Assembly (NCBI RefSeq): GCF_021869535.1
Contig: NW_026262582.1
Span: 71,858,001-71,922,000, forward strand
Source: Mytilus californianus
Lineage: Eukaryota
Direction of reading: 5' to 3'
DNA length: 64,000 nucleotides
The notes below the pieces were generated by a model. It searched no databases, was not told where the DNA came from, and saw nothing but the letters and a program-made list of their open reading frames with translations. Below, piece after piece: positions 1 through 11,130 of this stretch; within the stretch, counting starts at the first letter, position 1, and each line of letters opens with the position of its first letter. A program made the translations under genes and the position numbers.

Positions 1-322
1 ATAACAAGTGTAACAACATATTCTAACAAAAATATACAAAGAATATCATGAGGGTTTTTAAATATCACATCCGTATCAACCCAAGATACCAATCTAATCC
101 CAACAGCTCTGCTCAATGGATTATATTGGTTGAGGGTTAATACGGTGTGTGGTATTGAAAAGCCATATCATATATTCAATTTATCATATACCTCAAATAA
201 TTTTTTTAATATCATCACGGATGGTTGATACAGCACGATTGCCGTTGACAGTATCACACATACAAGTTATCTGTATTCACTTATAATGTCTAGGTCACAC
301 AATCAAGATTTGACCCAGATTA

Positions 323-1553
323 GCTACGGAAACGACCCGGCATCATTCGTCGCAATCTTTATTGGTTCGTAGATTTCCGTATTGAAGCCATAGTCATACA
401 TAGTAGCACTTGTATATTTTATGGCCAATTTTCGAACATCTGCAAAATTTGACCACGAATCAAACAACCGTAGTTTATCCTTACTAAATCGTATTTGAAC
501 ATACTGATCCATTTTAGTCCCTATTAAAACCGTATTAATCCGTACTTATTCGTAGGCCCGAAGGATTTATACGGTTAGTTTCGGAGAACTACGTTCAAGT
601 ACGGTTACACCACGTACTTGTTAAGGATACGCTACGATTTGTTATGAATTTGTCACGAAAATGCACGATTTCATTACATTGCAATACTGATAGCTAGGGA
701 TCAGCCAGGGTTCTCAAATTCTTTTACGGTTTACTACTTTACAACTCGACAAAAAACGGAATATAACTGCACACGACAAACTGGCATTAAGCTTCTGTAT
801 AAATACCCTACTTACAGGGCCTAATGTAGTCTGTGTCTTGCCGTAGAGGTATACATAACATTATCCAACATGAACAAACAACAACTAATGCTTGCAATTA
901 ATTGACTGGAATTGGATATTGATATTGTACAAAATGCCAGAGCAGTGGTCGATGTAGAGGTGACAAGAGGCAGAGGAGAAGACTTATCAATGGCCGGTAC
1001 GAGGACCTCATGGCTGAAATTTGTGTGGAAAATCCAGCTGCGTTTCAGAACTTTATAAGAATAGACCTAAATATGATTCAAAAACTGCTGAATGTCTTTG
1101 GTCCGAGGATTACGAAGAACACAACCTGGTAACGACAGACCGATAAATAATATAATCAAATAAATATAAAAAAAAATGATCGATTCACTGCCATAAACAA
1201 ATGATAAATTAAAAGCTTAATAAGAAATGATTGACGGCTAATAAAAAGTGGCGATTCGTACTATTCCGTATCAGACCGTTCTTGTTCGTACTAAACCGTA
1301 GCAAACCGCTGTTTATCCGATGTACATACGTACCGACACGCGCCTTTGCGTATAAAACTGTGTCGTTTCCGTATCAAACCGTGTCTTACCGTAATAATCC
1401 GTATCGTTAATGTCGCCAAATTACCCTTTTCCTACTTCACCTGTGGTAGATACGTCAAAGCCCATAGTCACACCGTTGTGTATCCGTATCACACTACGGA
1501 TACTGCATTTCTGGGATCATCCGTGAGATTTAATCCGTAGTGGAACCGCCGAG
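323..1553 (+). mobile_element. Non-autonomous Harbinger-derived element
   Basis: CG-rich subterminal regions with many CCGTA/TACGG motifs flank the transposase fragment. The right end reads ...ATCCGTAGTGGAACCGCC. The left TIR is not clearly matched, so boundaries are approximate. Confidence 0.5.
962..1132 (+). pseudogene. PIF/Harbinger transposase N-terminal fragment
   Basis: RRRLINGRYEDLMAEICVENPAAFQNFIRIDLNMIQKLLNVFGPRITKNTTW*. Matches the Harbinger GxY..LM.EL..EDP..F.NF.RMD..MF..LL....PRI.K..T.YR pattern. Confidence 0.75.
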
Positions 1554-4331
1554 GTCATAAGTCATAAGTATATATCTAACTGGATTATTTGAATTATAGC
1601 TAAGATTAATTGTATATATTTGCAATCTATATTGTCATGTTAAAGCATTTACACATTTTTTTAGTACATACAGCAATTTTTGATATTTAGATATATGTCA
1701 TGTACCAGATGACTAATTAAACTAAGAACGACAAATTATGGAGCTATCCTCTACGTTTAGCGTTCATTCTAAGAGTTAGTTAGTGGAGACATATCCATTG
1801 TTGTACCTGTTTTTGCTAGTCTCGGTGATATGTATTGTTTTATTGAAATATATCATGTGAATTTTTGAAGATCATTCTTCCTCTTACAAAATGTAGAAAG
1901 CACTGATTCCTGTCTGGATTTGGTCATAAGTTGGGTTCTTTGACGAATTTCGATATGTGACTTTTATGTTTTATTAATTATTTGCTTATTATTCATAAAT
2001 TGTAATTCATGAAATACAGCTCACTATCTTTTTTTCCTGGCTGATAAAGATATGTATAAACTGCCCCTGATTGACGCCCCACTCGTTGATTTACGTGCCA
2101 GGTAAATCAAGTGACAGTTAAAGTGGTTAGGCAGAGCACACCTATATTTTGATGTGAGCAGACGTTTAGTCTGCTGCAGTTCATTTATATTTGGTGATAC
2201 CTCAAAATTGTCAGTTCAGGACATGAAGTTTCACAGGACAATATATTGAATTTGTTCAGGGGTTTTTCCATGCAGTTTTATACTCAGTTTTGAAGCAGCA
2301 GCGTTTAAATTTTCAGACAACGCACGTCCCATTTATTGACACAGATCTTCCCAAATACCAGTTACGAGTGTTAGCTTAACGTATCATACAACGGGCAGTA
2401 TTAATGTTATGTGGCAAAAAAAAAATGTATTTTGCGTATACGGAAGTTGGTGTTAGTTTTGCCGGAAGTTGATTTTTGATTTACCGGAAGTTGGTGTAAA
2501 TTGTTTGGTAGTTCCGTTTATTCTGAGAAACCGGAAGATATTGGTTAAAATATAAATTGCCAGAGTTATCATAGCGTAAATGCTATTTATATTCATGTTT
2601 CAAAATATGTTTAAAGGTTGGTCGTTAAAATGTGATGATGATATCAACTGGTTGTGGTATATGAGTAGAAAGCTTTGATATGCATGTAGGTGCAATATTA
2701 AATGAAGTAAATATATAGTGAGCCTTACATCTAATGGATGTTACAAGTGTTATACAAGTCAATATTAAATCAGTGAAGAGTTCAATAAAGTGATAATTTA
2801 GATTTATTCAATCAGAAAGTACTTGATGTTCCAAGCAACGTCCTAGATCTTGACTGCAAACAGAGGGTTTGTTAGTAGTGTGATGAGACATTTTGCTAAT
2901 ATGTTTTAATTTTTACTAACTTACTTTTTAGTTGTGTGTATTATGTTTGAATTGTAACCTTTGTTTGTTTGTAATCATTCTTTCTTTGTATATCCATTTA
3001 TTTGTGTTCACTTGCATGTTGTCATTGTGTTAAGTATTGTTTGATTTTGTTCAGTTTAGTTTTTATTAGCTGTTGATCCTTTATATTAAGTATTGGGTAT
3101 TAATTATACAGTGATACAACATGTTTGCCTCAAGCATCAATGAAAAGGCAAAATACTCATCACCATCATTATCATCTTCCACCATCTCTTCGTATCCCGA
3201 CTACTCCCCGTGCTTCTCCTTTATTTTGTCCTTTTCGTCCTCCTCCTACTCGTCACATCATCATCATTGTTAGGATGAAATGGTTTTATATCAACGGATT
3301 ATGAACTTTGTATTAGTGACCCTAGCATTTTTTCAATAGTATGATGTCTTTATTATTCTTTGTTGGTTTGATTGCTATTATAGTGATTTTTTTTACTGTA
3401 TTGTTGTTCATTGATATGGCCTTTTGTATTTTCATTTGTGAAGAATATGTAGGTTAATAGGTCATATTTCAAAAGGGAAGGCTTGAAATTTAAAAACAAT
3501 CACAGCTAGGTCCCATTAATATCCCTATGCCTGTCATTGGTTAGAAAGCAAGACTACTATAGTATTACTTCACATCTAAATGGTGTAATTCGGAGAATAA
3601 GATATTGTCAATTATTTTTGTGCTGAAAATATTCACTGGTGTTAGGTTTTCTCATATTTACGTCTATCACATACTAGTAACTCTTTTAATTGATATGTAA
3701 AACATACGTTCATTAAACAAAATATAGAATACAAGTACGTGATATCGATTGGTTTTGAAAATCTAATGTTGAACTTTTGAGTTTTTTTCTGAAGTTTGAA
3801 CATACGAAAACCATTGTCGTGTGACATGCGCAAAAAATATACTATTTAAAATTTCATTCAGTTTTGCATGAGAATGATTAGATAGGATACCCTCATAGAC
3901 ATTCATAAAGTGAACATTCACTGAACGGCTAAATGTCTATTTTCAGTCAGCGCATGTATTAGAACATGGTTGAAATATCTTTTACATTAAGCATGTTAAT
4001 CATATTAATCGTAGATACTCGTGTACCGGAATAGTGATTTTAAAAAGTGCTACTTGTTTAAGATAGATTCAAAAAAGATTGCAAGTGTATTAATTTATGA
4101 CTTTATTTCTATACAGACTGGGATATAGATTTCGATTGCGAGCTTCAATTAGATGTTCCGCATGTGTATTTTGAAATTCCACTAACGGAAATTAAGATAA
4201 CGTTTTGGGATTATAGAAAAAAAAAACACATTTGTTTTATAAAGATAAGCGAGTGCAGTCACAAAAGAGGGGCGAAAGATACCAGAGGGACAGTCAAACT
4301 TATAGACAGAAAATAAACTGTATGTTCTCAC

Positions 4332-4996
4332 CTGAGGGAACGAACTTCTTGTGTAACGACAGGGTTGATGTCCACATATAACAGCTCCCATCATCACAGC
4401 TAGTATCGATTCTTCCGGAAAAAAGATACGCTTTGAGGTGAAATTTTGACGTATTTCATCTTGGATGAAACCGCAGGATGAAACACCACCAGTCATGAAA
4501 ATATCCGTTATATTCTGTGCAGGTGTACAATCTGTTAAAACGTTTTCCATCAGTGATATAACATTGTCAATAGTTGGTTTGAATATATCTTTAAACGTTT
4601 CGCGTAACATGCGCATTTTATCAGCAACCCATGTAATTTGCGTGGCATATTTAGAAGGTTTTAAGTACGCCATTAGATTTTGTCCATATTCCTCAAAGTC
4701 CTGGACATGTTGAATTTTAACGATTTCGTAAAGACTCACTGGAACTCTCAAGGTAATTTTGTTGGTATTTCCTGTATGAAAAGTGATTCTTCCTAATTCA
4801 AATTCTCTCTTAAGGTCCAAATAGTCCGCTTTGTTTTCTTCTCTGAAGGTTTTCATTACTGATGTGCCTAACATTTCTTCTAAAAATTCTACACCTCTTT
4901 TATCCATTGATACTCCGCTACAGTCATTACCAGTTGTTATAAACGTTTCTATAAGTTGGTCATTTTTATCCTTTAGAACAGTTATGTCAGCAAAAC
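4332..4996 (-). CDS. HSPA12: HSPA12 copy 1 exon 4
   Basis: tgtttaag|GT TTT GCT GAC ATA; ends GHQPCRYTRSSFPQ|gtgaga; 665 nt. The ORF-track extension to 4182 reads into a repeat tail and is not HSP70-like. Confidence 0.88.
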
Positions 4997-7900
4997 CTTA
5001 AACAAAGAAGGAACGTTAAACTGAAGTATTTTCATTTAGAACCATTGAATGAATAGTAATAAAAGATGTATACAATAATAGTTATCCCATGAGGACGCGT
5101 GTGTCAGTGTAAGATCATCCCGATAGCCTGAGGCCAGAGGGTGATCTTACACTGACGCACCAAGTCCGAATGAGATGACTATTGTACATCCCAGCTGTTC
5201 TCGGTTAAATAAAACATCATTTTGGCTTCATAAAATCTAGTTTAGAACACAAAACAATCATTATAATAATATTATTTATATAAAACTATATAGTATATAC
5301 CCATTATGAGCCCATACAACGTTTAAATACATTAAATTATCAGAAAGTTTGTATCCAGTCGTCCTGGTTTAGGGGTATGACTCGTGGGTCAGTATGTTAC
5401 AGTTCTTAAGTTCGACATTCGATTTTTTTAAAACTAATTTTGATAGTAAGTCTTTTCCGTATTAAGATTTTTAAGTTTTATATTTGCTTTAACATTCCCG
5501 CTTAAATGTTACAGAACACAGGAAAGCATGCAGAAAAAAGAAACTCAAGGTAGGTTGATCCTGTAGTGGAAATCCGGTTCAGATAATCTCTTGTAGAACG
5601 AAGGAGTTGGGATGTAATGGGGATATACAAGTACCTGGCAACATCCAGTCTGTGTAGTATTTCTATTTGTATCCATCTGATGAGTTAAGCCCTTTTCAAC
5701 TGATTTTTATAGTTTGTTCTTATGTTGTACTATTTCACAACTATCCCAGGTTAGGGGGAGGGTTGGGATCCCGATAACATTTTAACCCCGCCAAATTCTG
5801 TATGTATATGCTTGTCCCACTTTAAGGGCCTGCAATTCATTGGTGTCGTTTGTTGATGTGTTACATATATGTTTTTTATTCATTTGTTTGTACATAAATT
5901 AGGCCGTTAGTTTTTTCGTTTTAATTGTTTTACATTTGTCATTATGGGGACTTTTATAGCTGACTATGGGTATCAAATCTAAAAAGTAGTCTCTACGGGA
6001 CGGAATAGTCTACAAGTACCTTTCAAGCGTATATAAGTATGAAACATGAAATAAGGACACCATGGTCTCAAATCTCTCTGGCAAAATAATTTTAAGATGA
6101 ATTAGGCTATTTTATAAGTTCTCCCTTTTGTTCTGATATCGAAACGGGCGTCTGGCGTAAATACAAAATTTAATCCTGGTATCTATGCTGAGTTTATTTA
6201 CAACCACTGGGTTGATGCCACTGCTGGTGGAGTTTTAATTCCCCGAGGGTATCACCAGCCCAGTAGTCAGCACTTCTGTGCTGACATGAATTATCATTGA
6301 TATGGTCATAACTGTTTACAAAACTTTTGAATTTTTGAAATACTAAGAATTTTCTACCTCAGGAATAGATTACCTTAGCTGTATTTGGCAAAACTTTTAG
6401 GAACTTTGTTCCTCAGTGCTTTTCAACTTAGTACTTTATTTGGCCTTTTTAACTTTTTGGGATTCGAGCGTCACTGATGAGTCTTTTGTTGACGAAACGC
6501 GCGTCTGGCGTAAATACAAAATTTAATCCTGGTATCTATGCTGAGTTTATTTACAACCACTGGGTTGATGCCACTGGGTTGATGCCACTGCTGGTGGAGT
6601 TTATTTTGTACAGTTTCTGATAAATTAACGTCCTTGGCTTTAAGACGTTTGGGGTTATACGTTCATGAGTAAGAATAATGCAGAGAATCGCTTTGAAAGC
6701 ATTTCCATTGAAGTTTTCATAAATGAAAACACAAGTATCAAGTGTAAGTACGAGCTTAAGGGTATTTTCAATAAGAAATATGATGATAATTGCGTACATC
6801 CACTTCATTTAAACTTTTGTGGATAGTCGTCTCATTTGCAATCGTACCACAACTCGTTTTTGTTTCATATAAAGCATGTTAAATACAATACTAAAAGTAT
6901 TTCTCTATTGACTAATTCTTAAAAAAAATCACAATACCTCCGAGATTAACAACCATATAACTTGTTCCATCTAATTGCTTTTGCATATGGTCTTTATCCA
7001 TTGATTTTTGGTAGTAAACAACTGAGGCTTCCGCTTTTGTTACGAATTTTATGTTATCAGGTTGTAGTTCTGCCTTAAAAGGAATTATACATAAATAAGA
7101 GTATAAACTATTTTAATAATTCAGTACACCAATGCAACCACACATATTATATATTAATACATGTACGATCTGACGCTAATTAAGTATGTCTGCAGTTGAA
7201 ATTTTGAATAGTGAACTAACGATACATTATTTCAATATAAATACATGCATGACTATGGTTATATCCATTGGAAGAAACTCGGTACTTATACAACCCATTA
7301 TCATGATTATTGTGTTATTGTGCGATGCAAAAATGTTTGTTTTCTAATCTTTTGATTTTGCTTTTGTGTTTTGTCTGTATGCCTTTTTATTGACAGTTTT
7401 ATTGGTTGTATAGTGATTAAGACTATTACATAATGTTGACTGTTGTTACACTATTTTTGACAGGGTTACTTATTATGTCTATTAGTTTTGTTCACTCATT
7501 GCTGTCAATATAATGGATTTGCATGCGACTATCATACAAGTGAGAGGTTTTGCTAGCCATAAAATCATGTTTAATTAACCATTTTCTACATTAGAACAGG
7601 CATGTTCCAAGTTAGGAATATAACAATTGTTATCCATTTGTTTGATATGTTTCAACTTTGTTTTACAATTGGGTATTGACTTTCCGTTTTTTATTTTCTT
7701 CAGAGTTCTGTATTTTTGTTATTTTCCTTTTTTTTCCTTTTATTTTAAAAACAAATCGAACTTCTTTGTTACATTTATATCTTATCATTAACTGCCTTAC
7801 TGTCTAACTGCTATGTAACGTGTTCAGTTACTTGTTCGGAAAAGCAAGTAAAGGACCAAACCTTGAATTCTTAATATGTCATGAATTAAAGCACGTTTTC

Positions 7901-10900
7901 TGTTAGTATACATTGTCCTATATTTTTTTATTTACTTTTAAACAGAAACAGTACATACACTCATGATTGTAGCATAGTTCACTCTTTTACATTGATTGAT
8001 ATTCATACATAACTACCTTTAGAATATAAAGAATGTGAGCGTTCCTGACGAACAGGGATCCAGAATATTTTTATATGGATTTTCAAATATTTAGGTCTCG
8101 AGCATCACTGATGAGACATTGATTGTCGAAATGCGCATTTTCTGCAGAACAAAAATTTACGGTTTCTGTTATAATAATGTTTCATCTACAAGAAAACAAA
8201 AGTAAAAAAACGTTGGTTTCTCTTCATGCTTAATTATGCATGGATAAGGTATTAATAAAGAATGAAAACGGGATATGTGACAAAGAGATAACAACCCGAC
8301 AAAAGAGCAGACAACATCTAAAAGACAACAATATGTCTTCATTAAAACGGGAATAACTCGCACCCGGAGCTGGGTTACTGCTATCCCTTAAACAATCATG
8401 TTCACTTGTTCAGCGAAAAAGACACATTTCTTATCTTTAAAATTGAAGAAAAAATACAAGAGACACATTTGTGATATCGAAATTCTTGTTGCATTATGTT
8501 TTCAGAAATACATTTCTTCGTTAAAATCAAATACTATGTTTTATGTTTTCAGAAATACATTTCTTCGTTAAAATCAAATACTATGTTTTATGCACGATCG
8601 AATCGAACAAACTGATATACATAAACAATGGTCCCAGGTTAAGGGAAGGGTTTGGCGTTATCTACCTAATTTAATCCCGGCACATTCTGTATGTCAAAAG
8701 TCAGAAGCCTGTAATTGGGTTTGTTGCTGTGTAACTTTTCGTTTTCTTTTATTATTTTGTACATTCATCAGGCTGTTAGTTTACTCATTTGAGATGTTTT
8801 ACATTTGTCATTTTGGATCATTTTAAAGCTGACTATGCGGTATGGGTATAATGACAATGTCATGGCAAAAACAAACCGAACAAACGAAACACGAACAAAA
8901 GACAAATAACAGTTACATATGATTACAAAAAAACCCAAGGCAAATACTGAAATAAATGTGCACTCCAAACAATCTATATTGTAACTAACTGTATCAAAAT
9001 GAAATTACCTTCTCTGCACATGATTTCAGGAACTTTGTTTCCATATCCGTCAAATCTGAGGAAACAGGGATGACCCATCTTATTTCTTCATTTCTTAAAG
9101 CAATTCCTCTATTGAGCATCACTTCCATTGCACTGTTTACAAAGGCTTTGATAAACATTTGGAAAACATGACTTGCAGGAAGGGATTTTCCTGTCACATC
9201 CTCTAACAACGCAATGCTTGTCATATTCTAAACCATAACATGAATTATTGCTTTACATTTAATTCATCAATTAAAATTAATTTGAAATAATATTATAAAA
9301 CCAAATAATGTGTTTTTTATATATATATTGATCATAGTAAAAATAAGAATAAAAAAATATGCAAAAATTAATTCATAAGATTTGTAATTAGATACAAGAC
9401 AAAAACTGATTTGGACTAAAATTAGCAACATTTCAACAACTATACTATTATTTAAAGTAAAATCGTTCAAAAGATACAGCATTACAGGATGATGTGCATG
9501 CGTCATCCTACTATTATAATTAACCTGCCATAATTGTCATTATATCACATGACCATATTCATAAACAATTAATGTCACGTGTAAAGAATGACGGATCTAC
9601 AGCAAAACTACAGAACAACACGTAGTTCTTCAACTAATTATTAAGGTTTTCTTACTAACTTAGATCCCTGACTGAAATCTCATTTCATCAAATAGGGTCA
9701 GAAAAATAAAGTATTTGAAAACAATCTTATTGAAAATTTATATGTAGGAACATGATAAAACAATTATTTTCAGATTCTTTTTTCTCCTAATGGTTTCCTA
9801 TTAAGTGGCTTAAATAAATCTTACAGATTGGAAGATTAGAATATTGTAAGCAGACGCGTGTGTCCTCAGCAAAAGACTCTTTATTGATGCTCAAATCAAA
9901 ATAAGGTGGAGCAAAGGCCAAATAATTACAAAAAAAAAAAGATAAACTCGGTATTTAACCAAGGGTTCCAAGTTTAACAAATGAATTATTAAAGTAACTA
10001 TCAAAAGTTTTATTGCCAGTCGATTGGCTGTATGGACGACCTTTAAAAACTAGAAAAAAAAACTAATTTAAGGTGAATACCAAAAAGTAAAATAACAAAA
10101 ATACCGAACTCCAAGGAAAAGTCAAATGGAAAAAATCAAAAGCTCAAACACATCGTACGAATGGATAACAACTGTCATATTCCTAATTTGTAAATTTCAA
10201 ACTTGATCTGTATAATAGTGTACATGACGATCTGTCCAAATTATATAAAACAACCTATATATCAAGCCCTACCTTTTTTGTTCAATTTGTCAAATGTGGT
10301 GCAATTTTTTTCATTGTTCTTTTGCACTATAATTTTATTTTGACTGTAAACTGTAATCAATTGCAAGTTATGCAATTTAGAATATTTACATACAGAACTT
10401 TTATTTGTCAAAGCACATATTGATGAAGTAAAATTGGAACCTTTTTATGTTAATACTGGTTTGATACTGTGTATCGATATTGCATACGAACTGTTGGTTC
10501 CCAATGGTATCACCAGTCTGGCCAGTAACCAGTACTTTGGTACTGGCATGATAAAATGGCTACTGTTGAATTTGTATTTGCTGCTAATATTTGAAATATT
10601 TTTTTAGTTTGTAACCTGGATTTGTTTTCTCTCAATCGATTTATAACTTTTGAGCACTGGTATATTAATGTTGCTTTTATTTGAATTATAATACAAATTA
10701 AGTGAACATTTAATATTTTGCTTTATCATATAATTTTCCAGAGAGATTTAGTTAATCGCCCCAAATGATGAACATGCGAAAAAAAAATCCAACGGATAAA
10801 AATACTACATGAATGAAATACCTTTTTGGTATAAAATCCTCTGAAAAAATAGTAATCGTGTTGTTTTTTGTGCAAACATATATCAGCAAACTCATTTTTG

Positions 10901-11130
10901 GCTTCAAAGCCAAAGTTTTTCGGTTCTATGTTTTCGTCTAAAAGAACACATGTCAAAGTTTTATGTGATATCAATTGGCTACGTGCATCAGTCATCATAT
11001 GAAAGCTGATTTTCAGTGGATTCTGTTCAAAATCTGATTTTAAAGAATATGCATATCCGCTCTTCGTTGTTCCAAAGTCTAGAGATACAACTGCTTTATA
11101 GTATGAATGATCCATTTCATAGATTGGTGC
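4332..11130 (-). CDS. HSPA12: HSPA12-like atypical HSP70, copy 1 (ATPase/NBD domain only; 4 exons; 3' end open at a splice donor)
   Basis: Exons 10822-11130, 9009-9227, 6938-7073 and 4332-4996 join in frame (1314 nt from the ATG at 11115). Motifs VSLDFGTTKSGYAYS, HKTLTCVLLD, IRWVIPV, YMVVNLG, MTGGVS and AVMMGAVICG are diagnostic of HSPA12. Confidence 0.88.
5078..5183. repeat. Long imperfect palindrome (end of a non-autonomous element)
   Basis: Perfect 15-bp arms GTCAGTGTAAGATCA (5103-5117) and TGATCTTACACTGAC (5142-5156), plus outer imperfect arms. Confidence 0.75.
5640..5970 (+). repeat. Abundant interspersed retro-tail family A
   Basis: ...GTCGTTTGTTGATGTG...AGGCCGTTAGTTTT..GTTT.AATTGTTTTACATTTGTCA...TTTTATAGCTGACTATG. 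Homologous copies at ~8620-8850(+), 14870-15460(-), 29040-29330(+), 31590-31860(-), 38090-38470(-), 39130-39420(+) and 46850-47250(-). Confidence 0.75.
6141..6603 (+). mobile_element. Non-LTR retrozyme-like repeat (~353-nt unit bounded by hammerhead sequences)
   Basis: The ~100-nt segment GAAACG(G/C)GCGTCTGGCGTAAATACAAAATTTAATCCTGG...GCCACTGCTGGTGGAG occurs at 6141 and again at 6494 (period 353 nt). A complete HHR lies at the second junction. Matches the type I HHR retrozyme organisation known from mussels. Confidence 0.8.
6468..6511 (+). ncRNA. Type I (minimal) hammerhead ribozyme
   Basis: GCGTCA-CTGATGA-GTC(TTTTGTT)GAC-GAAA-CGCGCGTC^TGGCGT. Intact core, stem II GTC/GAC, palindromic stem III ACGCGCGT, GUC cleavage triplet at 6503-6505, and stem I GCGTCA/TGGCGT with G-U pairs. 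Confidence 0.85.
6938..7073 (-). CDS. HSPA12: HSPA12 copy 1 exon 3 (not in ORF track)
   Basis: ccttttaag|GCA GAA CTA; AELQPDNIKFVTKAEASVVYYQKSMDKDHMQKQLDGTSYMVVNLG G|gtattg; 136 nt. Confidence 0.87.
8102..8146 (+). ncRNA. Hammerhead ribozyme, second family, 3' arm degenerate
   Basis: GCATCA-CTGATGA-GAC(ATTGATT)GTC-GAAA-TGCGCATT. Core and stem II are intact; the stem I 3' strand (TTCTGC) pairs poorly. Confidence 0.6.
8494..8587. repeat. 47-bp direct tandem duplication
   Basis: TTATGTTTTCAGAAATACATTTCTTCGTTAAAATCAAATACTATGTT at 8494 and 8541. Confidence 0.9.
9009..9227 (-). CDS. HSPA12: HSPA12 copy 1 exon 2
   Basis: ggtttag|AAT ATG ACA; NMTSIALLEDVTGKSLPASHVF...EEIRWVIPV...SCAEK|gtaatt; 219 nt, phase 0 to 0. 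Confidence 0.88.
10822..11130 (-). CDS. HSPA12: HSPA12 copy 1 exon 1 (phosphate-1 loop DFGTT)
   Basis: tacttacag|GCACCAATCTATGAAATG GAT; ends TAT ACC AAA AAG|gtattt; possible start ATG at 11115. Confidence 0.88.

Noticed and set aside
3150-3270. Acidic or low-complexity stretch as a possible next exon of HSPA12 copy 1
   Set aside because: Stops in the acidic frame and no convincing splice sites.
4182-4331. ORF-track C-terminal extension of HSPA12 copy 1 (VRTYSLFSVYKFDCPSGIFRPSF...)
   Set aside because: It begins at a GTGAGA donor and reads through a ~60-bp piece of a common repeat tail (CAGTTTATTTTC...CCCTCTGGTATCTTTCGCCCCTCTTTT); intronic.
4465-4713. Plus-strand ORFs overlapping the HSPA12 exons (also 40514-40891) and the ROC exon (34652-34930)
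   Set aside because: Antisense shadows of real minus-strand exons.
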